From Halocafeteria seosinensis (taxonomy: Eukaryota), in the NCBI GenBank assembly GCA_001687465.1, contig LVLI01000305.1, positions 62,001 through 126,000 of the forward strand: a stretch of 64,000 nucleotides of DNA. Reading direction: 5' to 3'. Of this stretch, positions 25,566 to 39,098 are shown in pieces. Below the pieces are notes generated by a model that saw only the letters and a program-made list of their open reading frames with translations, was not told where the DNA came from and made no database searches. Each line of letters opens with the position of its first letter. Positions within the stretch are counted from its first letter, which is position 1. The translations under genes and the position numbers were made by a program.

Positions 25566-26893
25566 ATGGATCTCGCACCTGTATCATTTAATGCACCGGC
25601 GCCGGAGCAGCATCAAGAAACAACTACTCCTTCCTATGAACACATTGCTTCTTCGAGAGAGTATCAGAGGCCACAGCAGTCTTCTGCTTCGGAGAGAGGG
25701 GGTCTGGAAGAAGAGGATGAGCTCGTAGGAGTCTTCGGAGAGGAGTTCCCGTTTTTTGAAGACTCTGTAGACTATCAAGGGCAGCTCGGTTACCTTCGTA
25801 CTCTGGATGATGAAAACAGAACCAGCTTTACAGACGAATTAGGGCAATACAGCTATGAAACACAGCCTACAACAGATGGAGCTCTGGGCGCTCTTCAGTC
25901 TCTCCCCTACAAGAAGCAGGAGGATGCTCAGAGTGATACAACAAAGAGTACCTCGAAAGTAGCCAATGGTAAACCCGAGGATGGGGCACCTGCTAAGTTC
26001 GTACAAGTGCTGTACGAAATACTTGAAAATCCTAACAATGAATCGATCATAAGCTGGGAGGGAGAAGATGGCTTTGTAATCAGAAAGCACGATACGTTCA
26101 CTGAGCAGCTGCTGCCGTATCTCTGCAACTCTTCCAGGTACGTTGGAGCGCTTCGTATTTTACTCGCTTCAGAATGTATTGCTTATTGTATGTACAGTTT
26201 CTGCTCTTTTATTCGTCAACTGAATGGGTATGGATTCTCCAAGAGTGACCCTCGACGCAGTTACTTTAAGCATCCCGTCTTTCGTAAAGGTATGGTGTTT
26301 ATCATATTGGAAATGGGGATTATAGCTAGCATTAATGAACATGCTCTTTGTTTTCTGACCACACAGGTCGCCCCGACTTGTTGAAATATATCAAAAGGAG
26401 GCGTGCTGCGAAACGGAAAACTGGTACTAAAGACACCAAGGACCATGACACTGGTGTTAGTGCGGAGCCCACGACTGAAAATGTGGTTGGGAACGAGTCG
26501 ACTCGAAAACTTCATCCTAAGGAGAATGGATCGAATTCGTCCGGTGTCCACAGCTCGAATTCCAGCGAGATCAACGCGCTGTCAGCTGGAGCAAGTGCTC
26601 TAGCTCAAATGGTCTCGTTTTGCCTCCTGCAAGCCAGAGAGATGCCAAAATTGTCTTCGTCGGAGGCCGAAATCCATTGGAGATATTTCGAGGAAGTACA
26701 AGACTCGTCTCTGCGTTTTCTTAAGAGCGTAGGGGTTTCGGTGCCACAACGAGAAGGAAAACTCTCCATCCTGGAAGCTCTGCTCGAGACACTGAGAGAG
26801 TTTGACCCGCAACATCCTCCACAATCCGTTGACACTTCTGAGCCGACTGCAGTGTCTGAGTGGTCTCCATCGAGGAATGTTGCTGGACACTAA
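25566..26893 (+). CDS. HSF-type DNA-binding transcription factor
   Basis: PAKFVQVLYEILENPNNESIISW..DGFVI...FTEQLLP... | FCSFIRQLNGYGFSK...FKHPVFRKG | RPDLLKYIKRR is an HSF winged-helix domain split by two introns. The start codon is uncertain. Confidence 0.85.
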
Positions 26894-26916
26894 TACTAAT
26901 TATCGCGCGACCGAGA

Positions 26917-29431
26917 CTAGGTGGACACGAAGGCTTGGTCTCGGGACTTGTGTTGCCGTTTGGCGAATATCGGGTTGAGAGCTGCTTCTATTTGAGCCGT
27001 TTGCTCATCGCTCGCAGATTCTTGCCCACTTTCCTTGGTGTTTCTCTTCTTCCTCTTTCGTCGCCGCCTTTGTGGTGGATATTGTGCCGTGAAGTTCTGG
27101 CTATATGGCTCAGACTTGTATTGAATGACCTTACTTGCTTTGCCTTTCGAGGAGCGCAGGGATTTGCAACATTTTAAGCAGCATGTCTTCATGCATGGAA
27201 AGCAACAAACGATGATGAACACTAAGAGGACCCACCACAAAAGTAGTTCCCAGCACATTGTACTAAGAATGCATACGATGTTGAAACTGCATGGGGCGAA
27301 CACGTTTAAGACAGCTCAACCACTTTGCATACTTATTGACTTACAAATTGCACGTTTTCCCACAATTGGATTCTTTGTCATCCTTCGCCTCTTCGCCTTC
27401 CTTTTCTGGGACATCTCCCCCTTGAGAACCAGTGTCTTTCTGGAGGGCTGTAGCTGTGAAGTTTACATGTCTCATGTCAGTTTTCTCGAAAATCGCGTCG
27501 AATAGAATAACAGTACACCAATATCGACGTTGCACTTCTTGTTTTACCTCGACTAGAAACTCAAATTGACGTGTCTTCTGTGGTCCAAGGCTAAATTCTC
27601 GAGCAGGTATGGAAGCCACGCCTTTGCTGCAGTTGATTGCTATGGAGAACTGGGAGTTGATACTTCCAGTGTTTCCGGCAACAACATCTAAACGTCCTGT
27701 TTCTTTTAGTGCTTCAAATTTGTCGATGTTGACTTGCGTCAGCTTTCCGCTCGCTCTGTCAGATTAGAAATAACTTAGAACCAGTCCACTTACTTCTATA
27801 TAGTTCCCGGCCACTGGAAGCATTACTTACATGTTGGTTATGGCGCGAATTGAGTCTGCGTCAATATTTAGTGTTAGTAGTGTCTTTTGAAATCTTTCCG
27901 TTCCGAAAACGAGCTCCTTATTCCCTGCGACGCTATCCACATTTACAAAGGATCCTTTACTAAATCTCTGTAACATATATTTCGGAACCTCGCCGTTATC
28001 TATTCGTTCTTTGTCTTCTCGTAAAAGTTTCTGTGGTTCATTGCGCAGACATGATCCCGGTTCGAGTTTACACCGTTGACCTTGAGAAAAGAAGGCATCG
28101 TATGATACTCCAATTTTATTACATTCAGTGCCATCGAACGTAAATTCTTCTCGATTGATCAGGAGCCACTCCGGAGGTGGCGACTGCGAATGATGGTAGC
28201 GTGACCAAGTGTATGAAAATAAGAAGTTACATTATCGCCACTAACCCTTAATGTTTCCTGGCAACTTTCGTCCTTACACTCATTCGGAATAAGAAGTATA
28301 AGATTGCTAAGAACAGGAGGATTCTCGAAAGCGGCAAAGTCTCCTTCTAGAGAGACTTGTAAATCACATTGTGACTCTTCCGACGAGTCATCCCATCGGA
28401 AACAAGCTCCGGGTTTCTCTGGCCCTACTTCGATAGACTGCGCATTACTACAGCTAGATTCCTCCGATGAGTTTTTGCATTTCTCCATTAGAACATCAAT
28501 AGTATATTCAACCCTTGGTGCACTGATCGAGAAAGCACTGCGGTGAGGAGCATGCACGTTTTGCTTTTCGTTTTGGGAATTCAGCTCAGAGGTAACTCCG
28601 CTACATACCTCCACCAGAACCTGGAAAACCTCAAACAGTGGGCAGATTGTTGAGAAGAAGATCCAATACTACAGTCGAGTCCTGCTCGCGACGCACTCCT
28701 TTTGCCAGTGGGCAATGAGTCAGCAAGACTGCATCTGCAGCAGAATCCTTGAGAATTCCGGATGATGTTACCGTCGACGTCCTTCGCAACCCCGCATGTA
28801 GCTGAGTCGGATTCCGTGTCATCGCAAGGATTGAACAATGCGTTCAAGCTGGATCCGTCATCCTTGAACAAAATGAGTTCAGAGAGATGGTCATTGAAGT
28901 CCTGAGCTTAGAGTTTGATGTGTGCGTATGGAGATAGTATATGTGTGGGGTCAAATAACCACTTACTTGTAAGTACGAGATTGGATATCGCAACCTTATT
29001 TGAGACTTTCGTAAGGCAATGGAGACGGTATCTAAGATCTTCACCTCATTACCATCTTCATCAGAAGCGTCATTAAAACGGAAGAGCTCGATTTCGGAAG
29101 TTCCGTCCTGCGAGTGTAGCTTGAAGTTTCAGTCCGCGGCAGTTGGGAACGCGTCATCAAATCTCCGAAGAACACGTACCTCGCCATTCTGTGCCGTCAG
29201 TGAGACAACAAAGCGTTCTTCGCAGTCCATATCCGTCTCGCTAGTCCTTAAGCATTTTTCTAATTTCCCACTCGCGATTACTGTAGCTTGGCATGGTACG
29301 GTCCATTGCCCTAATTCCACGAGACCCCACCAAAGAAACGTCGCACAAAAGAGGGCCCCGATGTTGCTCTTAGTCGGATGAGACCAGCTGCTGCTGTAGC
29401 CGCAGTAGGTCGAGTATTTTCTGGTTTTCAT
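26917..29431 (-). CDS. HAP2: HAP2/GCS1 gamete membrane fusogen (about seven exons, apparently intact)
   Basis: Signal-like region, then VIASGKLEKC, LRYPISYLQ, TCG...SQGFCCRC...SRAGLDC...SAHCLRF and WLLINREEFTFDGTECNKIGVSYDAFFSQ..RC..EPGSCLRN. A TM helix follows, then a Cys-rich and polybasic cytoplasmic tail. Confidence 0.93.
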
Positions 29432-30114
29432 CCTTAGTACCACCCAAATGAATTTGCAAATGTAATCTACAAACTCTGTCTCGTTAAACCGTGCAGGATA
29501 AATAAGTACTGTAATCATGGATTTGTGAACTTGCAACGTGCTACATTGACAATACATTACATTATGGTACGTATGGATAGTGGAGCTGTTTTCCACTTTG
29601 AAATACAGGCAGGCAAAAATAAATCCAAACAACGGTCAAAAAAGATAATGAATTCATGTCTGCAAAAGTAGCCGGCAACGATTGATAACATGGTCCTGGA
29701 CGCCTTCCTTGCGCACCATCGCCATCTCCCACTGAGCGAAGGGTCCACATTTCATTTTCAACCGTACTAATTCTGCAAGTAACATGCAGTCTATGTCAAA
29801 TGGTCTGAATCGAAAGTACTTACTCAGGAACTCGAATTCTCTGTTTTGAATGTCAGCCTTCTGATTCCAGTTCTTGTTGAACTACGGAGAAGAATTCAAA
29901 CCTAAGTCATGTTATGTATGTATTTCTATATGTATTGCAAAGGAAGGCAATAATACACATACTTTTTTTCTAAAGTATTGTACTTCGTAGCGACTAGAGT
30001 ATTTTGCGTTGGTAGTGCCTGTAATCAAGCTTTGTACGAGTATTCGAGTACGAAAGGAATTCGTGTTCTACCAGTGACTGGTGAGGGAGGTTATTACCGA
30101 GACTATCAGTCATC
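29432..30114. promoter_or_regulatory. Putative bidirectional promoter shared by HAP2 and DMC1
   Basis: About 680 bp of AT-richer sequence between divergent start codons, with no credible gene inside. Confidence 0.5.
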
Positions 30115-31949
30115 ATGGCTATGTCGAATTCAGTACGACGTGTGTAAGTAGCTAATATAGACGACTATTCTTGACCAGTTTCAAGGAGGAAAGTGCATTT
30201 ATTAGCTAGGGTGCGGTAGGGATGTGCTTGGAAAGAGGCAGGGAATTCCTCTTTTCGGACCGGAATCCAGAAGAAGGCGACTTGCTCCACGTTTGATGAG
30301 CAACTTTCATCATTGAGCGTTCGTGATTCAATATTGCAGTGTCGAAGAAGCAGCTGAAGTTGAGGCCTCCGAACATGCAACAGTATGCAGTTTCGAACTA
30401 GTCGAAAAACTCCAGGTATGAGAAAGGAATTCTCCAACACCACAACTTTTAGAACCTGGCTAGTGGATTCTTTTCTCTTTCTTCCAGAATGTCGGAATCA
30501 ATGCAGCGGATATCAAGAAGCTTAAAGAGGGGTAAGATCATTCCTTCATCTCCACAGATTGCTTAACAAATCCATCTACTTGCTTGCCTGAAGCAGTGGT
30601 TTCCACACCGTTGGGCAAATTCTGATGACTCCCTCCAAGTTGCTTCTGGAGATCAAAGGCTTTAGTGACGCAAAGGTAGAAAAAGTCCAAGAAGCATGTC
30701 GTAAATTGCAGGTCCGTTTACGGTTTTACACACGTCCACGGACGTGATCGTTCAAACTTTGTGCTACTTGTCCACTGTGCAGAACAAGATGCTCTTCAAG
30801 AGAGCGAGCGAAACCCTCCTCGAAAGACAAGTAAGGGCGTTTGCGGACTCTATACCTCATCAATACTGTGCTTCCAATACAGCTTTGCTCCTTTCGCAGA
30901 AAATCAAGAAAGTAACGACCGGATGCAAAGAGCTGGATGCAATCCTCGGGGGCGGAGTGGAAACCGGAAGTATCACCGAGGTTTTCGGAGAGTTTCGGAC
31001 AGGCAAAACCCAGCTTTGCCATACCCTGGCAGTAACTTGTCAGCTGGATGAAGAGCAGGGAGGGGGTTCCGGAAAAGGTATGCTGGATCCAGATCACTGG
31101 GGAGCGCATGCTTGGTCTGACGCTCTGTCTCATAGTTGCAGTCATTGTTGTCGACACCGAAGGTGCATTTCGGGCCGAACGTGTTGCCCAAATAGCGGAG
31201 CAGCGATTTAGCTTGAATCCAGAAGACGTGTTGGAAAACATATTGATCGCGAGAGTGTATACGCACGGTACGAGCAGTCAAGACACCGGTTATTCTTGTA
31301 TTTACACTGTTATTCGCTTCCTGCAGAAGACCAAATTTCAATCGTTCAACATATAGCCGCGAAAATGGCTGAGGATGAACAGCCCACTTCACTGGTGGTA
31401 AGACTCTCCACCAAGCAGTCACGCACTGACACATTTATCCTCATCATGAGTGCCCGCAGATTGTTGATTCAGTGATGGCCCTTTTTCGTACCGAATTTGC
31501 TGGCAGAGGAGAACTATCCGAGCGTCAACAGAAGCTTAATCGAGTAAGTCCGTTGGCGAGGTAGGTGGTGGTAACTAAGCCTCGTCGAACATTGCTATAA
31601 TTGCTCAGTATCTAATGTCGATGACTAAATTAGCTGAAGAGTTCAACGTCGCCATCCTTATGTGCAACCAAGTGACAGCCGATCCAGGTGCTAGCTTGGT
31701 AAGTGACTCTGACGGGGGACGACACGGAAATTCAATAAAGAACCTGGCAATTTTGTTTTGCAGTTTGCTGGCGGCGACGCAAAGAAGCCCATAGGAGGGC
31801 ACGTTATGGCCCATGCAGCCACCACCCGTGTGTATCTTAGGAAAGGGAAGGGAGATCAGCGTGTGGCAAAGATTTATGACAGTCCTTGCATGCCCGAAGC
31901 AGAGGCGACGTTTTGTATTAGTTCCCAGGGAGTTACGGACGCCGACTAA
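30115..31949 (+). CDS. DMC1: Meiosis-specific recombinase DMC1 (many short introns)
   Basis: [12 protein letters not shown], Walker A GEFRTGKT, and DMC1-type signatures [49 protein letters not shown] and [23 protein letters not shown]. Confidence 0.9.
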
Positions 31950-32053
31950 AACCTTATCTGAAGCGAAAAAGCATTCAGGCGACCATTTAATGCTAAGAAT
32001 ATACACATTCCTGCTCGCATCAAAATTGATTGAAATTCTTCCGCTTGAGGGCC

Positions 32054-35000
32054 CTAAAAAAAGTCTGATCTGCACATCGGGCACTTAGAATCACCCGAGC
32101 TGCGGAACCATTTGTACACACACGTAGCATGGAAGATTGAATTGCAAACGTGACACTTTGTTTTCGGTAGTGTATGGTCGGACACATGAACAACCGAATA
32201 GCAAATTGGACATGGCTCGACACCTTCGAATTCCTTTTTGATCGAGTCACGCCACTTGCATAGCGCTTCCCAAAACAAACCGGAGCATGACATCATTTGT
32301 CGAATCTGCAGCTCCCACCGCCTCCATTTATTGTCCGATATGCCAATCTTGCTGTCACAAGAGACTTCTACCTGCTTGAGTGGAAAAGTTGCTGGAATGG
32401 ATATTATCAGTGACAGCTTTGCATCCTCCTGGGCATAAGTGGCACAAATTTCCCGTGCTTCTCGACGACACTTTACTGTGAATTCCGCAGGTGCACCACT
32501 TAAGAACGGCGAGGCAGCCGAGTGCTGATTCGATTCGTCTATTCCTGTTCCCTCCACACGAACGTTAGACTGGGAAGCCCGTTTTTCAAACTCAGAAAGC
32601 TGATTATCCAGAACGCGCGGAGCGATGTCTTCTTTCACTAACTTTTCTACTTGTTGCCTAGTTGAATGTCTCAACTTGTTCGTCCACCTATACAACTCCC
32701 TAGGGAAAAGGGTGGCGATATCAGCAAAAAGTTCAATGGCAGCCCAACTCTTGGGCAGATACTGTACAGCCGTCAACGCGCTTAGCTGTTTATCATCATG
32801 TTCCACCGATGGTGATGAGATAGTTCCAATCCACAACTGCATTATGTCAACTAGCCCGGAGAGTTTATCGTCAACAGTGTGTACATCATCTACATCCTTT
32901 TGGCGCCATTCAAAGCATACAGTAAGCAGCTGGAATAGCACAGAGTCTGAATCACTGGAACAAAAAGCTTCACCCAGAGAATCAATCCAATTAGCAATTG
33001 CGGTTGGCGAGACTGTTGGGCTATCTATCAACCTAGTAAGAATCTCGTGAAGAATACAAATGTCAGAAGCACGTCCGTTTTCACTGTCACCTGGGGCAAG
33101 TATCCGGTTAAAGACTCTCAACGCGATACTCTGTACGGGTTTGGATACCCTGACCATTTCGTCCCTCTCCGCACCAGGGCCTTCTACAACCTCCAAACTT
33201 TGACTAAGTGCTGTTCCCAATAGTCGTGCATACAATGGAAGGCCGAGGTGATCACTTAAGGAGCGCTCGTCCAAAGAAGATAGAATGGAGTCCAACATTT
33301 CTTCTGCTTTGCCCGCCAGTTGAGTGGTATCTTCTTGAGTCCATCTGAGTAATTCATGCCTACTTTCACTGTAAACGTATCCGACTAGATTGTACATTGT
33401 GGACAAGACATACAGCTGGAGGCACACACCGTGCAACTGTCCCCAACTTTGGGAGCATAAGGAGGCTTGGTACTTCGAACAAACGTCAAAAAAATGCGCC
33501 AAGATATCTTCGGCGCGCATAAATTCCACTAGCGCTTCGTCCTCGTTATCGGAAGAGCCTCCTTTCACTAGTTCTACAGCCCTCCGAAGACCAATCGACA
33601 GTCTACTGATCAGCATAAAAAACGGAAGCAAAATCTGGTCATTGCATCGGTCTATACTCCAACTGCACACTTTGAAGAACAAGTCCAATCCCGTCTTCTC
33701 ATCTGCAAGTCTTTCCCAAGGAACACCAGCCAGCGCATACGCGGCTCCTGTGGTGAGGTCCTCTTCAGATGACAAAGTATCCAGTACTGTGGAAAGCCAA
33801 CTACAATCCAGAGTCCCCTCGGGTAGCACGCTGAGATACCAACGCGTATAGGCGTCGTTAACATCTAAAACAGGATAATGTGCGTACTGCACAACAGCAT
33901 CTCTGGCACCCTCCCATTCCATCAGTAACGAACGTAGATATGCATGCAAGTTCTGGCTCCAAGATCCCTGAGTGAGTTCCTCAGCTCCGGGAGAAGAAAT
34001 GGCTACAGGCGGCACTAGGTGTTCGAGGTTCTTCAAGACCAGGAAGTGACTTCTACATAGACCAAAGTTGCTATCTTCTTCCTCCAGGGTGGCCACGCCA
34101 CTCATGCTTTCTCCAGATAATAGCCACGGCACTATCATTCCACAAAGGACTGCATCAAACGTAGCCGGTCTGGCTTCTTCTTCTTCGCGAGTATTGGAAA
34201 AGGCTTGCATAGCTTCCTGCCAACTTAGATGAAGGCGTTCCAGTCGTCCTTCTAGTATACAGCAGAGAGAATCGAATGCACTCAAGGAGCAACATGGGGC
34301 CCCCAAACAGGAACAGGCGTTGTAGATTGCTAAGAAACGCGAGTCATCGCTACCTTCCGTGAACAGCGGCGAACTTGATCCAAACAAATAGGCCCACCAA
34401 CTCGGCACGCCGTTGTTACACACACTAGAAATCGACAAGTAACATGAGAGCATGTACGCAGTATCTGTCACAGCCTCTTCCCTGGGCATCAGAAGGTCAG
34501 CAAACAGATCTGCTCTGCTTGTCTCTTCCACAGTCATCAGTATCAAAAACAATACCATCTTATTCTGCCGGAGGATGAGTTGAATTTCCTTCCAGGCCTT
34601 TCCATGGATGAGTCCATTTGCTTCCAAAACGCAGTAGCCTTGTAAAACGCTGCGCAGGCGATCCAAATAAAAATGCACTTCTTTGGCATCCGGGCAAGCC
34701 GCACCTGTCACCCTGAGTAAATTATCCTTGTGATGAGCAACGAAGCCAGAAAGCGTATCCACGCTATCTTGATCATTCGCTTCAAGACCAGTCAAACGAC
34801 TCCTCATACTTTGGAATATCAGTTCTTGACTATCAGCAAACGCCAGTGGTGAGTCCAATCCCTTTACCCGTAAGGTTTGAGAGACGGTGTATACAGCATC
34901 AGTGCTGGTGACTACATTCGGATCATCTGTGACTGCTGGATACATTTTTTCATCTTTCCAATCATAGTAGTGAAGCCGAATGTGAATTATCGTAAGCCAG

Positions 35001-37976
35001 TTGACCACCATGGCTTGGCGAATAGTTGACAGGGATACATCCAAACTGCTTTCCTCGCATTGGACCATAAAGAGCGGTACTCTTACGTACCATAGCGCCA
35101 GCCAATTGAGGCAGCTGATATTCTGTATTGTCGCTGTTTGGATACACTGCTTACATGCACGTATGTAAAGATCATGTATCGTTTGAGAGACTTCTAGTGC
35201 CGCCTCCGCCACGGGTAATGCTCTGAGGGTGGTGAGAGCAGCCATACGCTGACTCTCTGTGAGAGGATTCCCATCGTCAATCGCAGTCGCCCGCAAGAGA
35301 ACCAGTGTCAGATGTCTCCATAAAGACCCTATTTCTCCATAGACTTTACATCGATTGGTAGTGATTCCATCAGATGCAGTCACATGCTCTCTTAATCCCG
35401 TCAAGCTGATTCTTACAGCATTCAAATGGGGAAGCAGTTCAACTCGGTTCTGAACATTATTAATGGCCTTTCCTGGGGACTCTACTGTGCAACCATGCGA
35501 ATATAACAATGGTAACGGTAAAGGAAGTCCTTCGGAAAGGCTGCCTCCGTTTCTGTGCACTTCCAGAAGCATCGACGCGAGTACAACTACTACCTTTTCT
35601 AACTCATCAGCGCAACAGTCCAAGGACGAAGCTCGCACCCTTCTGTCGATTTCTCCCGCGAAACACAGAGCTGGAGATGTTCGGGAATCTAATGACCATA
35701 ACAACGGTATAACAAAGTGTTTGGCTTGTACAGCGTTCGTCTGGTCAACATACGACGCAAAAAAAGTCCTCACTGTTTCCGGGTATATAGCAGAAAAACA
35801 CTGGTCACAGTAGAGGCACAACAAACCACATTCCATTAATCTGCCAGGTTCAACAGAAGCCTTGTTAGCATATGCAATCACTCTTTCCTTTACCTTGGTA
35901 AACGCATAATCAACAGTTTCTCTTACGGAGAACCCACAGTCTGCAATCCCGTCTGTCGGTTCTCTTGCAGCCTGAAGATGGTTTAGCTTGGTAATCATAC
36001 GCGTAAAAGATTCCCCTGCACTCGCGTCGTGGCCTGGAACAAGACTCGCCCAACGAATAGTCGGCACTACTTCATCGGGATTGCTGATAGATGAGCTTGA
36101 AGAGCTGGCAATCCCCTCAACCATAAAGTCCACTGCTTCTCGGAAAAGTGCGTGCATATCCGCGGCGAATGTGTTGTTTTCCTTTCTGCTCCTCAAAATC
36201 TTCATGGCAAGGGTGCATACTGTATCACACAAGGATAGCCACTCAGATTTGCTGGTAGAGGCAACCTTGAGCATATCTTTCATTACACGTTCACCAACTG
36301 TTAAACCTTGCAAATGCTTCGAACTAACGAGGAAAACATCTGCGGGTAACACAGTGTATAACAAAGGAACGTATTTTAGGAATTCCCGGTCTGCCATTTC
36401 TGATCTCAAAAAAGTCTTGAGAAATCCCGGGAAAAACTCAGTCGCCAATTTGTCGATCGAGTAGGTAGCCCACAATTCTTCCTGATCAACGTTCTGAAGA
36501 AACGATAGTAGTGCTTCCAAATAAGTTTTCAAGCTACCTTCTTGCAACTTGTTCACATTGAAGGCAATCTTCACCACATCTTTGATACACTCCTCCAGGA
36601 CAAAAGGCGTATGGACCGACACGATCTGAAGAAGCTCCAAGACGGCTACTTGCAGACGGGACGAGCCATCGAAGTATAAATGCAATGGAGACTTCTCGCT
36701 CGTAAATGTACTTAGCAGGGAATTATTGAGGCCGTCTGTATTATCTCCCGTTTGAGTATAACGCAATTGATCCTCCATGGGATACTCCTCGTCACTATCA
36801 CTGTCTTCTTCCGTCTCGGGAATCCGTTTTGGAGACTGCTGATACGATTCGGCTTCATCTGATTCAGCTGCTCTCTTAACTAAGTGCCCTAAGGAATGAA
36901 TGCCGCTTATGATACACCTTTCCCAGCAGTCGTACGCTTCATCTTCCTCTACGTTGTCTCTGCTAACCAATGAGTACTTATTCTCCGAGAATAGCGTTTG
37001 CAAAGTTGAGCAAAGTTCAGAAGCGGTGAGTTTTATCGCTGTATCTCTCTTTCTAGGCGAAAACACCCGCTCAAAAGACTCTTTCGCCAGCGAAGAAACC
37101 TCAGTGGTGGGATCATGCTGTGGCAGATATAATAAGGGGAGACAAATATTGTGCAGATGTTAGCCTTATGTCGATACAGTTAAGTACAAGTGCATACCAT
37201 AGCAATCCACCAATATGGCAGCAAGGAGGGGAGTTGGTCACTTGCTTCCCGTAAAAGTCGTTCAATCTGAGATTTCAGAATCCTTGCATTTCACCAAAAG
37301 TATTTTGTACCAACATGTGTCCCCAACTTACCAATATGCCTAAGAGCCTCGTTGCTTCGCTTCTTAATCGGCGATCGTTTTCGACGAGTAAGTGTGGGTA
37401 CCAATACGTGTAAGCGTCCAGTGTAGGCCTTAACTCGAGCAGACTCTTGTTTCTGCAGTGTTGTATCAATCCCACAACACTCTTCAATTTCGTATTAGTA
37501 TCCTTTTTGGACAATCCCTTAAAGGCAATTTGTAAATCAGGATCTTCGCCCCGAAATGTCACGTAGCTCTTGGGGAGGAAAGAACCTCCTTCCATGACTC
37601 GAGCAATCGCAGAGCTCTCGGTACCCTGTCCTTGCTGTTGCTGACGCTGCTTCTTCCCACCTCGCTTGTTACTACTCACACTACTACCGGAGAATCGTGC
37701 CGGCGGCAACGCTGGACAAATACCCCCCTGGGCTTCGGAAGCCCCCGAGGCTGGTGTTTCAATGAGATCTTCCGGGACCATGAAGAATGGTTCCATGTTC
37801 CTGTAGCGATCGAATCCCTCGAACCTAGCCCCGGCAGAAGAGACCGCCTGCTTGTGTGGAGGCTTCTTCTTGCCTGCCCCATGCTGTGGTGGCTTATTGT
37901 CCTTTGTCGTGTCCGCCTCATCTCCTTGAGTCTTCTTCTTTTTGTCCCTCTTTTTCTTGCCGTACATACGCTTCAT
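32054..37976 (-). CDS. LTN1: Listerin E3 ubiquitin ligase (ribosome quality control)
   Basis: N-terminal DPDLQIAFKGLSKKDTNTKLKS...WYPHLLVENDRRLR. C-terminal RWD-like region IPATFPLKQVEV...KWRRW and RING FEGVEPCPICYSVVH...LPK..C..C...FHATCVYKWF.SS..SKCPMCR. Confidence 0.92.
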
Positions 37977-38813
37977 GACCCTTTTCTCACGTTCACCGCA
38001 TGCGTGAATGAACAATGAAATATATACGTACTCTATCGGGTGTCCATTAATGGTAGAGAGAGAGTATAATCGACAATTCTAACGAGTCTTTTGCGTCTAG
38101 GCTGAGGGCTTGAGTCTGACTACAGGGTAGGGGCGCTTTTATATTGAGACTTAAAACCCTTGCTGTGTGAAAAGTATGAGTACATATTCTATACACGGTA
38201 GAGCTGCAGGAAAGCTGTAGGAAGGAGTGCAACCAACCCTTCCAAGCTACTTGACTTGGCGAGCATCTACCGGAATGGATGGCAGTCCGACCCCATACGC
38301 TGTACGAAGGATTGCCACCTCTGCACCGAGCGAGCCTCAAACGATCGAGAAAAGACACTGAGGTACATGTACGTAACCCATTTCACTTGAGTCACTTGAC
38401 TTCCAGTCTCAAGGTTCTTGGTGGATTCGACGACCCATCATATACAATATACAAACCGAGACTTATCCTTGCAACAAAGAATAATTTATTCAGAAAAAGC
38501 TTTTCTATTTTTTATCCAGTGTCCGACAACTCATGAAGATCTACGGATAAAACTGATTACACGTAAACACTCCCTAGACTCGAGCGGAGGCTCCAACCAA
38601 CGGTGGTGCAGTACATGAAGACCGCTTCATGGTGTGGAGTCCATCGTGGACTGAGTCGACAAAATTGAAGTCAATGACTTCTTAGTTCTATAGTGACTAC
38701 ACATTGACGAGCACAGAAAACAAAACGTACGTCTTTCACGTTTTGTCCCAGTCTTCTTCCTTACCGACGTATGCAGTTCGGACCCCATTCCTTTTTCGGT
38801 AAGTTGTTTGTAC

Positions 38814-38850
38814 TGTACAAGTTGTACTGCGTGTTTGTACAACTTGTACA
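38814..38850. repeat. Perfect 14-bp inverted repeat with 9-nt spacer
   Basis: tgtacaagttgtac (38814-38827) and gtacaacttgtaca (38837-38850). Confidence 0.8.
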
Positions 38851-39098
38851 CTGTATATCAAAATGAGAAGCTTCGGCAACGAGAATTTTGATGAACGGTT
38901 GGACTAGATTTGAAGGACATGATGCACTCGCTTGATGTTGTTACCTAGCAGTAGCCTTTGACGCTTCTTGCACGCTGCATGAGTGTTGACAACTTGACAG
39001 TCCCTTTCCTTAACCCTAACCAATGACGACAATGCTTGCTGTGTCGATCGCTCTTTTCTAACTTCTTTGTCTGCATCTAAGTCGAGACTGACACACGT

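Noticed and set aside
29432..30114. Heat-shock elements linking the HSF factor to HAP2/DMC1
   Set aside because: I saw no canonical GAAnnTTC array by eye; only scattered GAATTC and GAGTA words.
30115..31949. RAD51 rather than DMC1
   Set aside because: It has [18 protein letters not shown] and GGHVMAHA rather than the RAD51-type LADEFGVA, AQVDG and GGNIIAHA.
32238..37163. Plus-strand ORFs within LTN1 (and similar antisense ORFs over other long genes)
   Set aside because: Shadow frames of the real coding strand with no independent evidence.
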